DNA from: Paraspadella gotoi
Taxonomy: Eukaryota > Animalia > Chaetognatha
NCBI GenBank assembly: GCA_051294375.1
Contig: CM119263.1
Span: 6,549,645 to 6,613,644 of the forward strand
Direction of reading: 5' to 3'
DNA length: 64,000 bases
Position numbers and translations under genes: made by a program. Below are positions 11,601 to 26,100 of this stretch, one piece after another. A model generated the notes under the pieces. That model did no database searches. It was not told where the DNA came from and saw only the letters and a list, made by a program, of their open reading frames with translations. Each line of letters opens with the position of its first letter. Position 1 is the stretch's first letter.

Positions 11601-13914
11601 TGCTCGTTTTATGGAGAGAAAAACATGAACTCCGCCGAGGCTGCGATTTGTTGACAACTTTTTATCCTTTATATTTATACTCTATATATTTGTTTCTCTC
11701 GTCTTTTTCTTGCCAATAAAAAGATTTTTTTTTGGATAGGAAACCTCTCACGTTGGTCTTTCCTTCCTTTTAAAGGCTTTCTTTTTTTTTCTGTTTGGTG
11801 TTTCAATACAAATCATATACGTACAGTGTACCTACACGAACCAAGAATTTTCTCCTTTTCTTCCTCCACGAACTTTCGTGACGCCATTAAACAATTTTCT
11901 CTCTCTGTCTCTCTCTCTTTTTTTTTTTTGTGTGTAATTTCCTTCTGTGCTCATGAATATGTCGGAAATCACCATAGATTTAACCGTTTCCTTGGTATTC
12001 GAGTTTGCTCCTTCCATTTTTTTTCGCTTTTATCACAGAGTCTTTCCTTCTTTTCGAAAATTGCAAATACAGCTTGACATTGTGCAAGAAAAGTTGTTTT
12101 TTTATTTTTTTTTTTTGGCGTCATGAACTTTTTATTTTTTTATATTTTTCAATATTCTGTCAAAATCAGCGAAATACTTGGCTTGACTCTTGTAAAAAAA
12201 TTTCGCACGTCACATGTGATTATAACCTAGAAATTGCTTCCCCTTTAAGCCGCGTTACCCAAATCCATTAACCCGAAATTAATTGGAAAATTTTAAAGAT
12301 TCCTCGCGACGGCCGCAAAGTCGCGCTCGGCGTAAAGTGCTTAGGTTATACGTTTTACATCCGTGCATTTTCCAGGACTAATGATAGTAGAAAAGTGTTT
12401 TTTTATTTGACGTTCTACTCTTGGCGTCAGTGGTATTTATAAACTTCTATACTTTTACTAATAAACATATTATTTAATATTAAATAGGCGAGGCAATAGC
12501 ACTAATTGTTCTTTATAATACAATTCTTGTTTTCAATTTTTAACCCAAAAAAAAGGTGACTCCTCTCATACCAGAATTCGTTATTTTCCCTTCAGATGAA
12601 ATTTTGGTTTCTCACTTCAATCCTCCCAATTTCCCAATCACACTGTGAATTCCACAGTGATCGAGTCGGAAATCTTTGTCGATGTCGCCAAGGATACCAG
12701 AGTCGTTTTGTTTTGTAAGAGAAAATGGGCAGAAAAGCGGTTGAGAAAAATAGAGTGAGGAAATAGCAGAAAAGAGATAAATAGGGAAACGGTGAGGGAA
12801 TTAGAATATGGTAAAGAAAGGGTCACGAGAAATCACTGATGCTGATTGAACGGGTGCTAGGATGCCTGTATTTAACATAATATTTTATACGAATTGCTGA
12901 CGCGATTGGGAATAAACGATTTGGAAATGACGAATTAACTATTATGGTAAGCTGTCGTATAAACTATATAATATATTGGGAAGAAAAGGTGTTGGTGATT
13001 GATTGATTAAAAAGAGGATCTTCCCCTTGATTGTTGATAGACAGTGATTAATTCCCCAGTTTCCTTTAGTTTCTTCTTTCTCTTTCATTCTTTTCCAATT
13101 CTCAATTTCCTCCGCTAGATGGAAGCATTAAATCCTTCTCTCTCTCTCTTTCCTCTCTTCCAGGAGCAGTATACGTACGTCTCTTTTATTTCTTTTTCCG
13201 AATTGAAGACGACGACGACGACGAGGACAACGACCCGCGCATGAGAATAGAAAGCGCGTGCTGATTGGCGTCCCACGCGTTTCGCCCGCGAGCCGATGGC
13301 GGCGTCGTTTAAAAAAAAAAAAGCGCGCGGGAGATGGAGCCTTTTCATTGGAGGAATCCGGTGCGCTGGGGGAAGGAAGGCGAAAGGGGGACGGGCAATT
13401 TGAATGGAAGAATATGGGTCCGTGGAGAGGGAGATATGGGGTCTGGGAGATTAACGATGGGAGCGAGGGTAGAAAAAAGCGAGTGGAAAATAAGTTGGCG
13501 GCAGAGGGAAGATGGATATATTGGGAGCGAAGACGATATTGCAATGTCGCGTTGGTCTATTGAGACGTTTTTAAATTTCAAAAGAAGGTACGTAAATAAG
13601 GATTTTTTTTAAAAAAAATTCTTCATGAAAGCATCAATTTAATTGAGGACGATAAATCATATTAAAGTGACGAAAGTTCGGAAATGGAAACATCGACCGC
13701 CCGCTTGTTTCGTAGTGAGTTACTCGCCCAAGACTAAGAAAAAATGAAAAGCGCAAAACGACCAGCGAGAAGGATCGAGGGAAAAGTTCCCTCTTCCCCC
13801 CCCCCCGAGGTGAATAGAAAAAGAGAAGTGCGGGGGGGGGGAGGACGTTTCGTCGAAGCACACGATTATCGGCGCGGGAATCTAAAATGGTGGAACGGCG
13901 AAGGGAAAAAAAGA
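8676..13914 (+). repeat. Left arm (segment B) of a ~5-kb inverted duplication
   Basis: Reverse complement of ~16759-21758; the ORF track shows near-identical translations on opposite strands (e.g. 13128-13544 - vs 16902-17315 +; 10441-10809 + vs 19739-20032 -). Confidence 0.9.
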
Positions 13915-13939
13915 NNNNNNNNNNNNNNNNNNNNNNNNN

Positions 13940-16745
13940 CTCGCCCAAGACTAAGAAAAAATGAAAAAGCGCAAAACGACCAGCGAAAGGATCGAGGGAA
14001 AAGTTCCCTCTTCCCCCCCCCCCGAGGTGAATAGAAAATAGGCGGCAGAAGTCGGGGGGGGGGGAGCGTTTCGTCGAAGGCGCACGCATTATCGCGCGGG
14101 GAATCTAAAATGGTGGAACGGCGAAGGAAAAAAAAAGAGAGAGCGTCGCAATGTTAATCTTCGTTTCAGAATCCCTTGCGACGTCGTCCATGGGATAACG
14201 TTTTCTCATTGGCCAATTTTACGCTTTGAGATAGCGCCCCGTTGCTTGGCATTGGGCCGATTTGTTAAAAGCTGTGCGTCCGCGACCTGTGGCGATGGAC
14301 GCCCTGCGCCGATTAGGAGGTGAGGTGGGGGGTTGGGGCCGGGCCGGGGCGGCGAGGTTTCCGCTGCGCACAACCTTTGGCTGAGATAAAGTCTCCCAGT
14401 TGTCCGTGTTCTCTCCAGTGTTGGGTGATGTTGCTGTGGTAGTGGATAGGGGACGTTGATGGTGTGGGGAGGATGTTCGCGCTTTCAGTTGGTGTTTGGG
14501 AGGAGGAGAGAGAGAGAGGAGATTCTGTTTGCGTTTGGCCGTGCGAGCAGGAAGAGCAGTGTCCGGGCGTGCTTCCACCGCGTTTGTGAATTTCCGAGTT
14601 GGCGGTTAATCCATTCGTGAAGTGTGTTCCGAGCATCTTCAAGGTCCGCCGAGTGAGAGGAAGGTTTATGTTGGTCAGTCATGTGAGAAATCGGTAACCG
14701 TTGGCGTGGTGGCTGGCGCCGCGGGGGGGGGGGGGGGGGGGGGGGGGTGGGGGGGGGGGGGCGGGGGGGGGCGGGGGGGGCGGGGGGGGCGGGGGGGTGG
14801 GGGGGGCGGGGGGGGGGGGGGGGGGGGGGGGGGAAGGGGGGGGGGGGTAGCCGGCCCCGTTAGACGGTATGAAGAGGACGAAGCTGCCATATTTCTGAGA
14901 CGACCGAGTAATTATGTATGCGACGAATTGGATGTTGGTACACCACAGACGCACCGGGATCATTTACAAGAAAAAACACGGAAAGAATTGGGGCGGCTGT
15001 TCAGTTAGGCCGTGTCTCTCACTCTATTCCTGGCTGCCCAGTTGTTCCAGATACGCAGTCCGGGCGACGAACCGAAATGGGCGAGAGAGGAACCAGTGGT
15101 GTGAGGGGGTGGAGGTGACGTAGTGAGCGTCGGGGCCGGCGTGGGTGGGTGTGTTGGTTAGTGCCGGGGGTTTAGGTACTGCCGAGGTTTCTTTGAGTGC
15201 TGCGCCGCGAAGCTAAGATGAGGGAGAGGCGTGAGGGGACGAAAGTGGGCATCGCAAAAAGGGATGGGCGAAGAGATTTAGACTAGGTAGAGAAAAGCGT
15301 CAGGGGGGGGGGGGGGTGGGGGGGGGCGCGGGGGAGGGAGATGGGAGGGGGGGCAGGAGGGGGGAGGGAGGAGGAGGAGGGGATCGGTGGGGGGCCGGAG
15401 AGGGAGAGTGGAGTGGGTGGTTGAGGAGAGGGGAGGGGCAATCGGCATGACTGCGAGTTGTTAAACCATCGAGAGTATGGCATAAGGCGGCGGAGGGAGT
15501 AGCCCTGTGATAGCCGCGGGCGGCCGCTTGGGGGTATGCTCACCAGACGTGGCGGTAGGGGCTGGGATGCGGACCGCGTCCCCGCAGTGCCCGTGGCCTG
15601 GGCGCCGTGTGGCGGTGAGGTGCATGTGGGGGGAGTGAGGCCCGGGGCCGACCGGTTGCGACATGGGGTGTAGGAGGGCGCGAGAACGGCGGGGCATGAG
15701 CCCCGCAGGGATTGAATCCGGGACGCCAGCGGGAGTGGATATGAGGGGTGAGGTGTGAGGCGCTGCTCGAGCCGATGTGGAGAGCGGAGGCTGGGACGGG
15801 AGGCGAGGGCGCCGAGTTGAGGTGGCAGGGCGGTTAGTCTTGGGCTGGCCACAAAGGGGTTTGCATAAGAGTGCGGGTGTCCGGGTGGAGTGAGCGGGGT
15901 GGAATAGGGAGTGGGCTGGATAAGGGTGAGACGAGGCGGGGTGTGGGTATTGGGGGTGTGAGGGGAGGGCGGGTGAGAGTGGTGGTATCGGAGAGAGTGG
16001 TGGTGGATGCGCGAGAAGTAGAGAATGCTGGTGAGAAGCGGGATGCCCGCGAGAGTGGATTCGAGGCCCGCGGCCGAGGTCGCCGTCTGGGTGTCCGCGG
16101 TGAAGTCCGTGGCGCGTTTGTGGCGGCGAACTTCGGCGCTTTTCCAAGGTGCCGATTCTTGCCCATTTAGTAAAACGGAGTCTGCCGCGGAAGCCACGGC
16201 GAGCTGCGGCTCTCTCTGGCTATTCCTTTGCACGACTCCTCTGCGTTCGGCGTGGCGGGTCGGGCGCGGCGTCTATTTTGTTGGCTTTCGTGTCTTGGTA
16301 TTTATTTCATTGCCTTCGTTTTATGTCAATCTGTTATGTATGGCAACGGGGGAGCGATGTGTGATTCCCGTGGGTGGAGGCATCTCCCGAGAGCTGGCCG
16401 CTCAGCGGCTGTTGGACCGCTGCAGTGACCACCCCTAATGTTCACTGGGGCGTGTTTGAGTGCGACACATTACACTTTAACCAGCTGTCCTGTGAAGGGG
16501 ATGGAACCCGAACCACGGTTTGGTGGTGGAACGAGATATAGCTGTCCAAAGCCAATGGGTACGAGACGAGATTGCAGCCAAGCCTATGACGGGAGGGCGA
16601 ATGGTAAGGAGGTTGGCCAGCACGTATGCGGTAGTTCTGCCCGAGCTCGTTTGCGGTCTCTCTTCTCTCTCCACTTCACTCCCCTTTGTCCTGTTCTTTC
16701 TCGTATCTGTTAGTCCTTGTCCGCTTTCACACATAGGATCCTCTC
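13940..16745 (-). other. Low-quality gap-fill: direct copy of 13723-13914 followed by a degraded, G-inflated reverse complement of ~6760-8661
   Basis: Follows a 25-N gap (13915-13939). 14139-14290 is the reverse complement of ~8515-8661, and 16300-16740 of ~6760-7550 minus the solo LTR. About 1.5 kb of template is stretched to about 2.6 kb by poly-G and insertions. Confidence 0.85.
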
Positions 16746-16758
16746 TCTTTGTGGTGGG

Positions 16759-19700
16759 AGTAACTCACTACGAAACAAGCGGGCGGTCGATGTTTCCATT
16801 TTCCGAACTTTCGTCACTTTAATATGATTTATCGTCCTCAATAAAATTGAAGCTTTCATGAAGAATTTTTTTAAAAAAAATCCTTATTTACGTACCTTCT
16901 TTTGAAATTTAAAAACGTCTCAATAGACCAACGCGACATTGCAATATCGTCTTCGCTCCCAATATCCATCTTCCCTCTGCGCCAACTTATTCCACTCCGC
17001 TTTTTTCTACCCTCGCTCCCATCGTTAATCTCCCAGACCCCATATCTCCCTCTCCACGGACCCATATTCTTCCATTCAAATTGCCCGTCCCCCTTTCGCC
17101 TTCCTCCCCCAGCGCACCGGATTCCTCCCAATGAAAAGGCTCCATCTCCCGCGCGCTTTTTTTTTAAACGACGCCGCCATCGGCTCGCGGGCGAAACGCG
17201 TGGGACGCCAATCAGCACGCGCTTTCTATTCTCATGCGCGGTCGTTGTCCTCGTCGTCGTCGTCGTCTTCAATTCGGAAAAAGAAATAAAAGAGACGTAC
17301 GTATATTGCTCCTGAAGAGAAGGAAAGAGAGAGAAAGGATTTATGCTTCCATCTAGCGGAGGAAATTGAGAATTGGAAAAGAATGAAAGAGAAAGAAGAA
17401 ACTAAAGGAAACTGGGGAATTAATCACTGTCTATCAACAATCAAGGGGAAGTACACCTCTTTTTAATCAATCAATCACCAACACCTTTTCTTCACCAAAT
17501 ATATTAAATAGTTTATACGACAGCTTACCAAACTAGTAAATACCCATATAGTTAATTCGTCATTTCCAAATCGTTATTCCCAATCGCGTCAGCAATTTCG
17601 TATAAAATATAGTTAAATACAGGCATCCTAGCACCCGTTCAATCAGCATCAGTGATTTCTCGTGACCCTTCTTTACCATATTCTAATTCCCTTCACCGTT
17701 TCCCCTATTTATCTCTTTTCTGCATTTCCTCACTCTATTTTTTCTCAACCGCTTTTCTGCCATTTTCTCTTCAAAACAAACGACTCTGGTATCCTTGGCG
17801 ACTCGACAAAGATTTCCGACTCGATCACTGTGGAATTCACAGTGTGATTTGGGAAATTGGGAGGATTGAAGGAGAAACCAAAATTTCATGAAGGGAAATA
17901 ACGAATTCTGGATGAGAAGGAGTCACCTTTTTTTTGGGTTAAAAATTGAAAAACAAGAATTGTATTATAAAGAACAATTAGTGCTATTGCCTCGCTATAT
18001 TAATATAAATAATATGTTTATTAGTAAAAGTATAGAAGTTTATAAATACCACTGACGCCAAGAGTAGAACGTCAAATAAAAAAACACTTTCTACTATCAT
18101 TAGTCCTGAAAATGACGGATGTAAAACGTATAACCTAAGCACTTTACGCCGAGCGCGACTTTGCGGCCGTCGCGAGAATCTTTAAAAATTTTCCAATTAA
18201 TTTCGGGTTAATGGATTTGGGTAACGCGGCTTAAAGGGAAGCAATTTCTAGGTTAATAATCACATGTGACGTGCGAAATTTTTTACAAGAGTCAAGCCAA
18301 GTATTTCGCTGATTTGACAGAATATTGAAAATATAAAAAAATAAAAAGTTCATGACGCCAAAAAAAAAAAATAAAAAAACAACTTTTCTTGCACAATGTC
18401 AAGCTGTATTTGCAATTTGAAAAGAAAGGAAAGACTCTGTGGATGAAAAGCGAAAAAAATGGAAGGAACAAACTCGAATCCCAAGGAAACGGTTAAATCT
18501 ATGGTGATTTCCGACATATTCATGAGCACAGAAGGAAATTACACACACACACACAAAAAAGAGAGAGAAAATGTTTAATGGCATCACGAAAGTTCGTGGA
18601 GGAAGAAAAGGAGAAAATTCTTGGTTACGTGTACGTACACTGTACGTATATGATTTTTATTGAAACACCAAACAGAAAAAAAGAAAGAAAACCGTTAAAA
18701 AGAAGAAAAGACCAACGTGAGAGGTTTCCTATCCAAAAAAAAAAATCTTTTTATTGGCAAGAAAAAGAGAGAGAAACAAATATATAGAGTATAAAATAAA
18801 GGATAAATAAGTTGTCAACAAATCGCAGCCTCGGCGGAGTTCATGTTTTTCTCTCCATAAAAACGAGCAGAGAAGTAAAGATTACATCGCTTCGGCGTCT
18901 CTCTCTCTCTCTCTCTCTCTCAGTTTTATGGGAGTTTCTCACGCCGGTTGTTTGCGTTATGACGACACTTTGGCGTTTATGAGACCAAATTTTCTTTTTT
19001 CGACTTTTTTATCTTTATCGAGCGGCGACAGGTGAGGCGAGTTCGGAGGGCGACTGGCGCCATCTTGAGAGAAAATGAGGAAACTGAGATCGGCTCGGAA
19101 GAAATCATTTTTATTGCACTAAAACCAAAAGAGTACCAAAAACATGAGCCGACCATTCCATTCCATTGCTTAATTCTTAATGACGACTATTCGACGACTT
19201 TTCTTTCAATTAATTCCAATACTGTCCTTTTCCATCACTGGTCGAGCGATTCCATCAATTAAAACCAAAACACTTTCGACTCGACCTTCCCGCGTGAATA
19301 ACGAGCGGCGAGTCACGTGACCCGTCGGGGCAACTCCCGCGACTTGGACCGGAAGTCTTGTTTCACGCTTGACCCCAAAGGGCGCGAGGTTGGAGCTGAG
19401 ATTGGCGCCAAAGTGACGTCGCGCGTCAGGGAGAAAAAAAAAAAAGAATAAGGGATCGAGTGAGAAATAAATCGACCGCAAGGTTTTTGGCAAATCACGA
19501 ATAAAAAAAAATATCAACAGTTTTCGCCCTTTTTTTTACTACATAATATGTAATTATTCAAGGAGTTGACAGACAAGAGATTAAATCATTAAATTAATGG
19601 AAATAGTCAATGAAAACTATTAAAGATTAGAGATGTTATAATTATATCGCAAGACCCTCCCTCCTCCTCCTCCTCCTCCTCCTCCTCCTCCCAGAGGAAT

Positions 19701-21758
19701 CTCGTCCGATTCTTGGCGCCAAAGTCTTTCTATTGATTTTATTTTCGCCTTTTGTTTGGACGGAGAAATTGCCTCCTGACTTGGGATGACAGAGAGCGCT
19801 CGGGCCGCGGGGGGCAACGCAAACAAAAGCGCACATTGCAAGGTTTACCGCGCATACATTTCGATACTGAGAAACGAAGGAGAGAAGGCAAAAGCCAAAA
19901 GCAATAAAGAAATAAGAACTGGATGAGATGAAAATGAATGAGTGAATGAATGAAGATGTGAATGAGAAGCGAAAGAGAAGTCTGTAAAAATCCCTTTTTT
20001 TTACATATGTATTTTTTTCCTTGACAAAACAATATTTATTTTCAGACTTTTTTTTTAGCCTAATTTACGAAGAAATACAAATACTACCTAAGACGAAATT
20101 TCTACTAAAACCGTTATGATTACATCATAATCCATCATCAAACAGACGATAACTCGGGAATTTCTCGCTATAAACGAGAGCTCGTTAAATCCACCGCGAA
20201 TAATTGACTTCATAATTCTCCAAATAAATCATCAAAGCGCCGCGGGTTTCACATAACGAGGCTCTTAACTTCGATATTGTTTTCGTTATAAAGGTAAAGC
20301 AGAAGAAGAAACAGTAAAACTGTTCTCAAAGTCAGAGTCAAGGGACATTAAAATTGGAGGATAGTTTTACTGGTGCTAAGCAAAGCTTTTTACCCGGCGT
20401 TCTCAGCTCCGGTGATCAATGATCAGACGGATTCCTGCTAAGGATTCCTTTCTCCGTCTCTCTAAAATTTTAAACTTACTATTTATTGTTTGTATTGTTA
20501 GTCAGAGAACACAATCTTGGTTATGAATATGGATATCAAGAAGAAATTAAAATAAATATATTTGAATTTTTTTACAGAATTTCCCCGAACAGACTGACCG
20601 ACAAACAATGAGAAAACAACATGGGATTTGTTTTGTCTTCCCTTCTGTCCGCGAAATTGGCGTCCGGAGGACGAATGTCAACAACGTCGTCGGGTGACGC
20701 GTGTCTCGGCAGAGACGCTCGAGAAAAATTTAATCTCGGTCGCGAGGGGGCGTATCAGTCGGATTTTGTCGGTCATGCGCGCACGTACACGCGTCACGAC
20801 TCAACACGCGAATCGTACACTGAAGAGCGAAAAAAGAACGTACATATAATCGAGTAAAAGAAGTGCTCTTCCAATAATAAATGCCTCTTTTGAAATACGG
20901 ACTCGTACGAAATTACTCTCTCAAGATGCCCGGCGCGTTCGCCCGATTTATATCGCGCATCGGCTTTCCACGCACGTGATCCCAAGGTCACGCTCACATC
21001 GCGTCCTTGAACCGGCGCCCCATCCGGCGAAGACCTCAAAACCTTTGTCGCCGGGATACTAATGGAACCTTAGACGGATCTCACAGCCGATGGCATCAAT
21101 TTGTGATGAAAAATGCTTTCACGGGGCACGACAAAAAAAATAGGATCGTAAATTGATGTTTTATGTGATAGGTTGATATGTTAAGACAACCCAGCGGTCA
21201 GCTGCGGTCACCCTCGGTTTAATGCCTGCGCAAGTCGGTACACTTGAGAATAAGCGCCACCCGATTATCACTCAGAAAGGAAATGGAAGCGGTCTCGGTT
21301 TGAAGATTTCAAAGGAGACAAAATTTAAGTAATTTGAGGTAAAGTTAGTTCGAGACTACGTTTCACATCTTTTATGTAAAAACCCAAAAAAAATTTCCAT
21401 TTAACGCAAGTGGTTTTTATTTCAGGCACAAACATCTAAATATCACCTTTTTAAATTTTTTAAAAAACTTTAAAAAAAAAGTATTTTTAACTAAATTTTG
21501 ATGGATTACAACTTCATTTAAAAAGAGAAGCTTATTAAGACGAAGGGCAGTAGGACGATAACGATGATAACGATAATAACGAGTATGTAGACGTTACGTA
21601 GTAACGTTCACTAATGGATCGGTTAACCGCATCTTGACGACTCAAATCGAGGATGAAAATAGAGAAATAAACGAAAGACATAGACTTCGTCAACTTCTCA
21701 TTTTCTTGTCTCTCCCATCATCCATCAACTTCTTTAATGGAGAGAGGGGCAGGACGAA
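16759..21758 (-). repeat. Right arm of the inverted duplication (reverse complement of ~8676-13724)
   Basis: Colinear by eye over about 5 kb with many 1-bp indels, plus allele-like differences such as (CCT)n length at ~19660 vs ~10777, (CA)n at ~18541 and a ~15-bp insertion at ~17531. Confidence 0.9.
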
Positions 21759-22931
21759 AAACACTCGAGAGTCGCAGATGGGGGGAAGAGATGGGGGAAG
21801 AAATAGGAAGGGAATGGGGAAGGGAATGGGGAAGACGTGGGGGAAAAGGAAAATTATGGGGACGAGGAAATGAAGGGAGATTTGGGGGAAGGATGTGCGA
21901 AAGAGATGGGATGAGTAAGAGATGGGGGGAGGCATTAGGAGCGAAGAGAAAATACCGAGGCCAGTGAGATAAGAAACAGATGGGACATTTAAAAATGACG
22001 GGAAATCTGAAAGTATCGAAAACTGTTGAAGCGAAACTTTAAAAAAATGAGGAGTTGCATATCGTAAGAGCATAATTAAGAAGTGGATATTTTACCAAAA
22101 AATATAGAAGAATGAATAAAAAGAAAAAGTTACAAATTTCGATAAAAAGGAAAGAAAAGTACTATAAACTTAACGATTGTATGATCAGAGAGGGAAAGAA
22201 AAAGATATTATTAAAAATAAAGAGAAAAACGAAGGTCACTGATTTTGGATTCTGAAAAAAAAAAATCACTTGGGCATCAGGAGGCGAAAGGAAAGGAAAG
22301 GATCGATTGTTGTCTGTCGGAAAAGCTTTAAGGAGATGGAACTTTCACTCTTGTCAATTCTGAATGTACGTTACGATTACCGCCTTTTATATTATGTATT
22401 AATATGCATATTATGCATAAATATATACATATCCAAGCCCTAATTTATCTGAGCAAAACCAGGAAAATTAGTTTTAAATTAGTTTTGAAAGGACCCGACG
22501 GGCCTCTCGTATATAATACGCTATATCTAATTACGTTAATAACGAAAACTTTGTATTTAAAATCCGTTTTAACGGACGCAATCGGTGGTTGGACCCGACG
22601 CCGGAAGAGGACGTGGCGTCAGATTTCCGATAAGAAAACGTCATTTGAAAAGCGAAACGATTGCGCGCTCGCTCGCCAGCTTAACATTGTGAAATCTAAT
22701 GAAAAGGCAGCGAGAAAAACCGACGGAAATGACGTCCGAGTCGCAATTCATTGTGAAATCGTGACAATGAGAGCGGACGTTGGAAAATAAAAATAAAATA
22801 AAATTGCCGCGTTGATTAAAAAAAAAATTGTCGTAAAGGTAAAACTGTGACGTTCAATAAAAAAAACCCAAAATAACAAAACAAATTACGTACAATTTCA
22901 GGTTTTGGGAACTATCACACTGTTGCTTTAG

Positions 22932-23006
<75 letters not shown>

Positions 23007-23114
23007 TTGCTTCTCGAATCACTTTTTTTTTCAATTCTCTATCTCGCATCTTTTTTCGCCGCCATCTCTCTCCCATCCGCATCATCTCTTTCTCCCCGAC
23101 CAAATTGTACTCAC

Positions 23115-26100
23115 TCCCAATACTCCGTGGCCGAGTCGACGAGCCCAGTCTTGTTGACGATGACGGTGCCGTTCTCCGCCTCGAAGTTGGTGCAGCGATC
23201 CGTGTTCCAGGAATTGCCGCAAGTGTCCCAAGGGAGCGTCATTGTGAACAGCGAGGCGATGGAGGCGAAGAGATAACGAATGGCCCAAGCGAGGATCACG
23301 TTGTAATAGACGTTCAGGTTGAAGACGACGATCGCCGCAGCCACGCCTATGCCTGGGGTTTTTTTTTGGGGGGGGGGATGTATTGAATGATGATAGAAGT
23401 CAGCCAATTCTTTAGCGCGGAGCTTTTTGCAGGGTTTTATTGTCTCTCGAGCCGCTTATGACTTTCCAAAAGTGAGAAGGCGGGAGAGCGTAATTGTTTA
23501 TGAATGAATGGATGATATTTATATGGGTTGTATAACTATTGCACAATTAAAATAATGGCAACGATGATAAATAAAACTGACAAGGTAATTCCGTACTCCG
23601 AAATTATATATATATTTTTTAATTCTTTCCCACCGGCCGAGAGCCATTGAACTACGTTTTATTTACTTATATAATTATATAAAAATTAACTAACTCAAGT
23701 TCATGGCCTTATTAAACCGAACTTTGTAGTTTTGTTATTCTTTTCCTCCAAGGTCTGAATATCGGGTTTCTCCCTACAAGCCTTTCGTCTGTTTTTAGAA
23801 AGAGGACGAATAACAGACGAGTTGTCGAAAGATCGAATTTCATAATTCCGAACGTCTCATTTAATTTTGTTTTCCCCCTTTGGGGAATTACTTCAAACTT
23901 TGAAAATACAGCATATCTGTTAGATTTACATAGATGAAATAACTACATTTTGGGTGGCCTTATTAAAAGATAAGTTATCAAAGAAAAAGTACATTTGTAA
24001 ATAAATTGGTTTAAAAAAGGGTCTGTAATTACGTACCTTTAAATATTGGGCATATAGCCCAAGCGCTGATTCCTCCCGTTGACATGAACTGACCCAAACA
24101 TACTTCGAGGAAAAACATAGGAATCCCACCCAAGAAGACTGATATGAAGTAGGGTATAAGAAATGCGCCTGCAAGAAAAAAAAAACACTTTAGTTGAGAC
24201 AAAGAAATGTCGCTTTTCATAATTTGTATGTACCTCATAACCTCACAATATGTTAAGTCGCCTAAATATAGTATATTACTCAAAAATGACTGACACATAA
24301 AAAAGACAAAAAAGTAAACATTTCGCAGGCTGCGGCTTGCGATATGTTTCGCGATGATACATCATCTTTAACTCAGGGGACAAAAGCGAAATAACAGCCC
24401 TTACCTCCTCCGTGTTTGTAGCAAAGGTAAGGAAAGCGCCAGACGTTTCCTAACCCAACGGAGAATCCGACGCAGGCGAGAAAGAAATCGATGCCACGCG
24501 TCCACGTCTCCCGCTCCTCCACCTCTGATTCTTCCTTGGACTCCACCTGATCGGAGGAGGGTTAAATGGAGCGAGGGAAGGATGTGAAACGTAATTTGTA
24601 GGAGCAGTTCGATCAGTAACTCTAGCTAAATTCCTTTACGTCAAAAAGGTGTGTAAAAATGAAAAAAAAAAATGGAGATGCTAATCATATTGTTAAAAAC
24701 TGAACAAAAATTGTATTTCTTTAGCTGTGATAATATTGAATTATTTAAATTTATCCTTAGATGGGGAAGAATACTTAACTTTTAAGAGCAAACAAAACAC
24801 ATTGCCCACTTCCCGCCGAAAAAAAAAGGCATCATAAAAAAAGTTTCGGGAGAAAAACGACTAACTACTACATCTTAATTCTCGTCAGCCACTTTAGTTT
24901 AATCCCTATTTAATCAATGCCCGGCTAAATTCTGACAGCCATCTCGAGAATCGATCAAGAAACCGATTAACTTTTCGAGAACCTCTTCAAAAAAAAGTTG
25001 ATTGACTTCAGAGACGGCAACCGCTGGATCGTTGGGTTTGTCAAAACAAACACTTTCGCCAAAAAGTTTTGTCAGCTAAAACCGTGAGGATAATGCTCTT
25101 TATTTGTCCTGCGTTCAAAAACCTTTATCTGGAGAATAGGACTCTTGGTACAAACATTATTCAATTTAAACTCTTATTGTTCTGCAGATTTGAGATTCTT
25201 GTTCGATTTGCCTCAAATTAAATGGAATTCATTTCTTGAAAACAGCTCGGTATAAAAAATCTAACCACGATAAGATTCATTGTTGAGAGGAAAAGAAACG
25301 TTGGTACTAAGAATACTATGTACAAATGGCTTTCTTTCCTGTTCCAGTTCATTCAATCATGCAGTTCCAAGTTATATCGAACAGTGACCAGTAAAATTAC
25401 CGGATTCAATAATAATATCGATCCCATGAAACAAATTCGAACATCATAAATAAATATGTGCATCAACCAATGGACGAGCTAGCTCATAAATAATTTTATT
25501 TATTAAAAAACATGCTCCTTTTGCTACGTCTGTGCCCAAAGTAGAAAAATTATTAAAATAAAATAAATCTGACTACCGCCTGCGGTCCTTGCTCCCCTTC
25601 TCCCTCGTGTTCTTCCTCATGGTAAGAAGCCGATGAAGAGCCCATACTTTGACCAATCACGGTTCTTTGCATGGACCATCGCATCGTCACGACCTTACCA
25701 AAACCAATATTGGCATATATTTGCAAAAGTTGTGAGCGTGCTACGGAATTAGGGTGGGTTCTACATTAGACTCGCATCACTCAAACAATTTGATTTCAGT
25801 AATATTTGATCCGGATTAAATTTCAACATTAAATTCTTTATAATTTTACGAAAAAACTCCGAACCCCCAAAAGTAGTAATACCAATATTCGATTGCTAAA
25901 TAATGATAATAATAAATAAATAATATAATAATAAAAAAATTGTTCTGATAATAATAATAATAATAATAATAAATCTACCTTCAGATTTTAATCTTAAACT
26001 TAAACTTAATCCCCATTCATCCCCCAGATCCTGCTCTTCTAGTCAGTGCCACGCGGCCCACCCTCTTTTCTCATACCCACCCCCAGCCCTTCGTACTCAC

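Noticed and set aside
13723-14136. ~190-bp tandem duplication around the 25-N gap
   Set aside because: It is a gap-fill overlap; the second copy carries indel noise.
14622-16438. Gly/Pro-rich ORFs and poly-G tracts (formin/extensin-like, G-quadruplex-like)
   Set aside because: They lie in the degraded reverse-complement copy of 6760-8661; anchors to the clean copy show the G runs are read noise.
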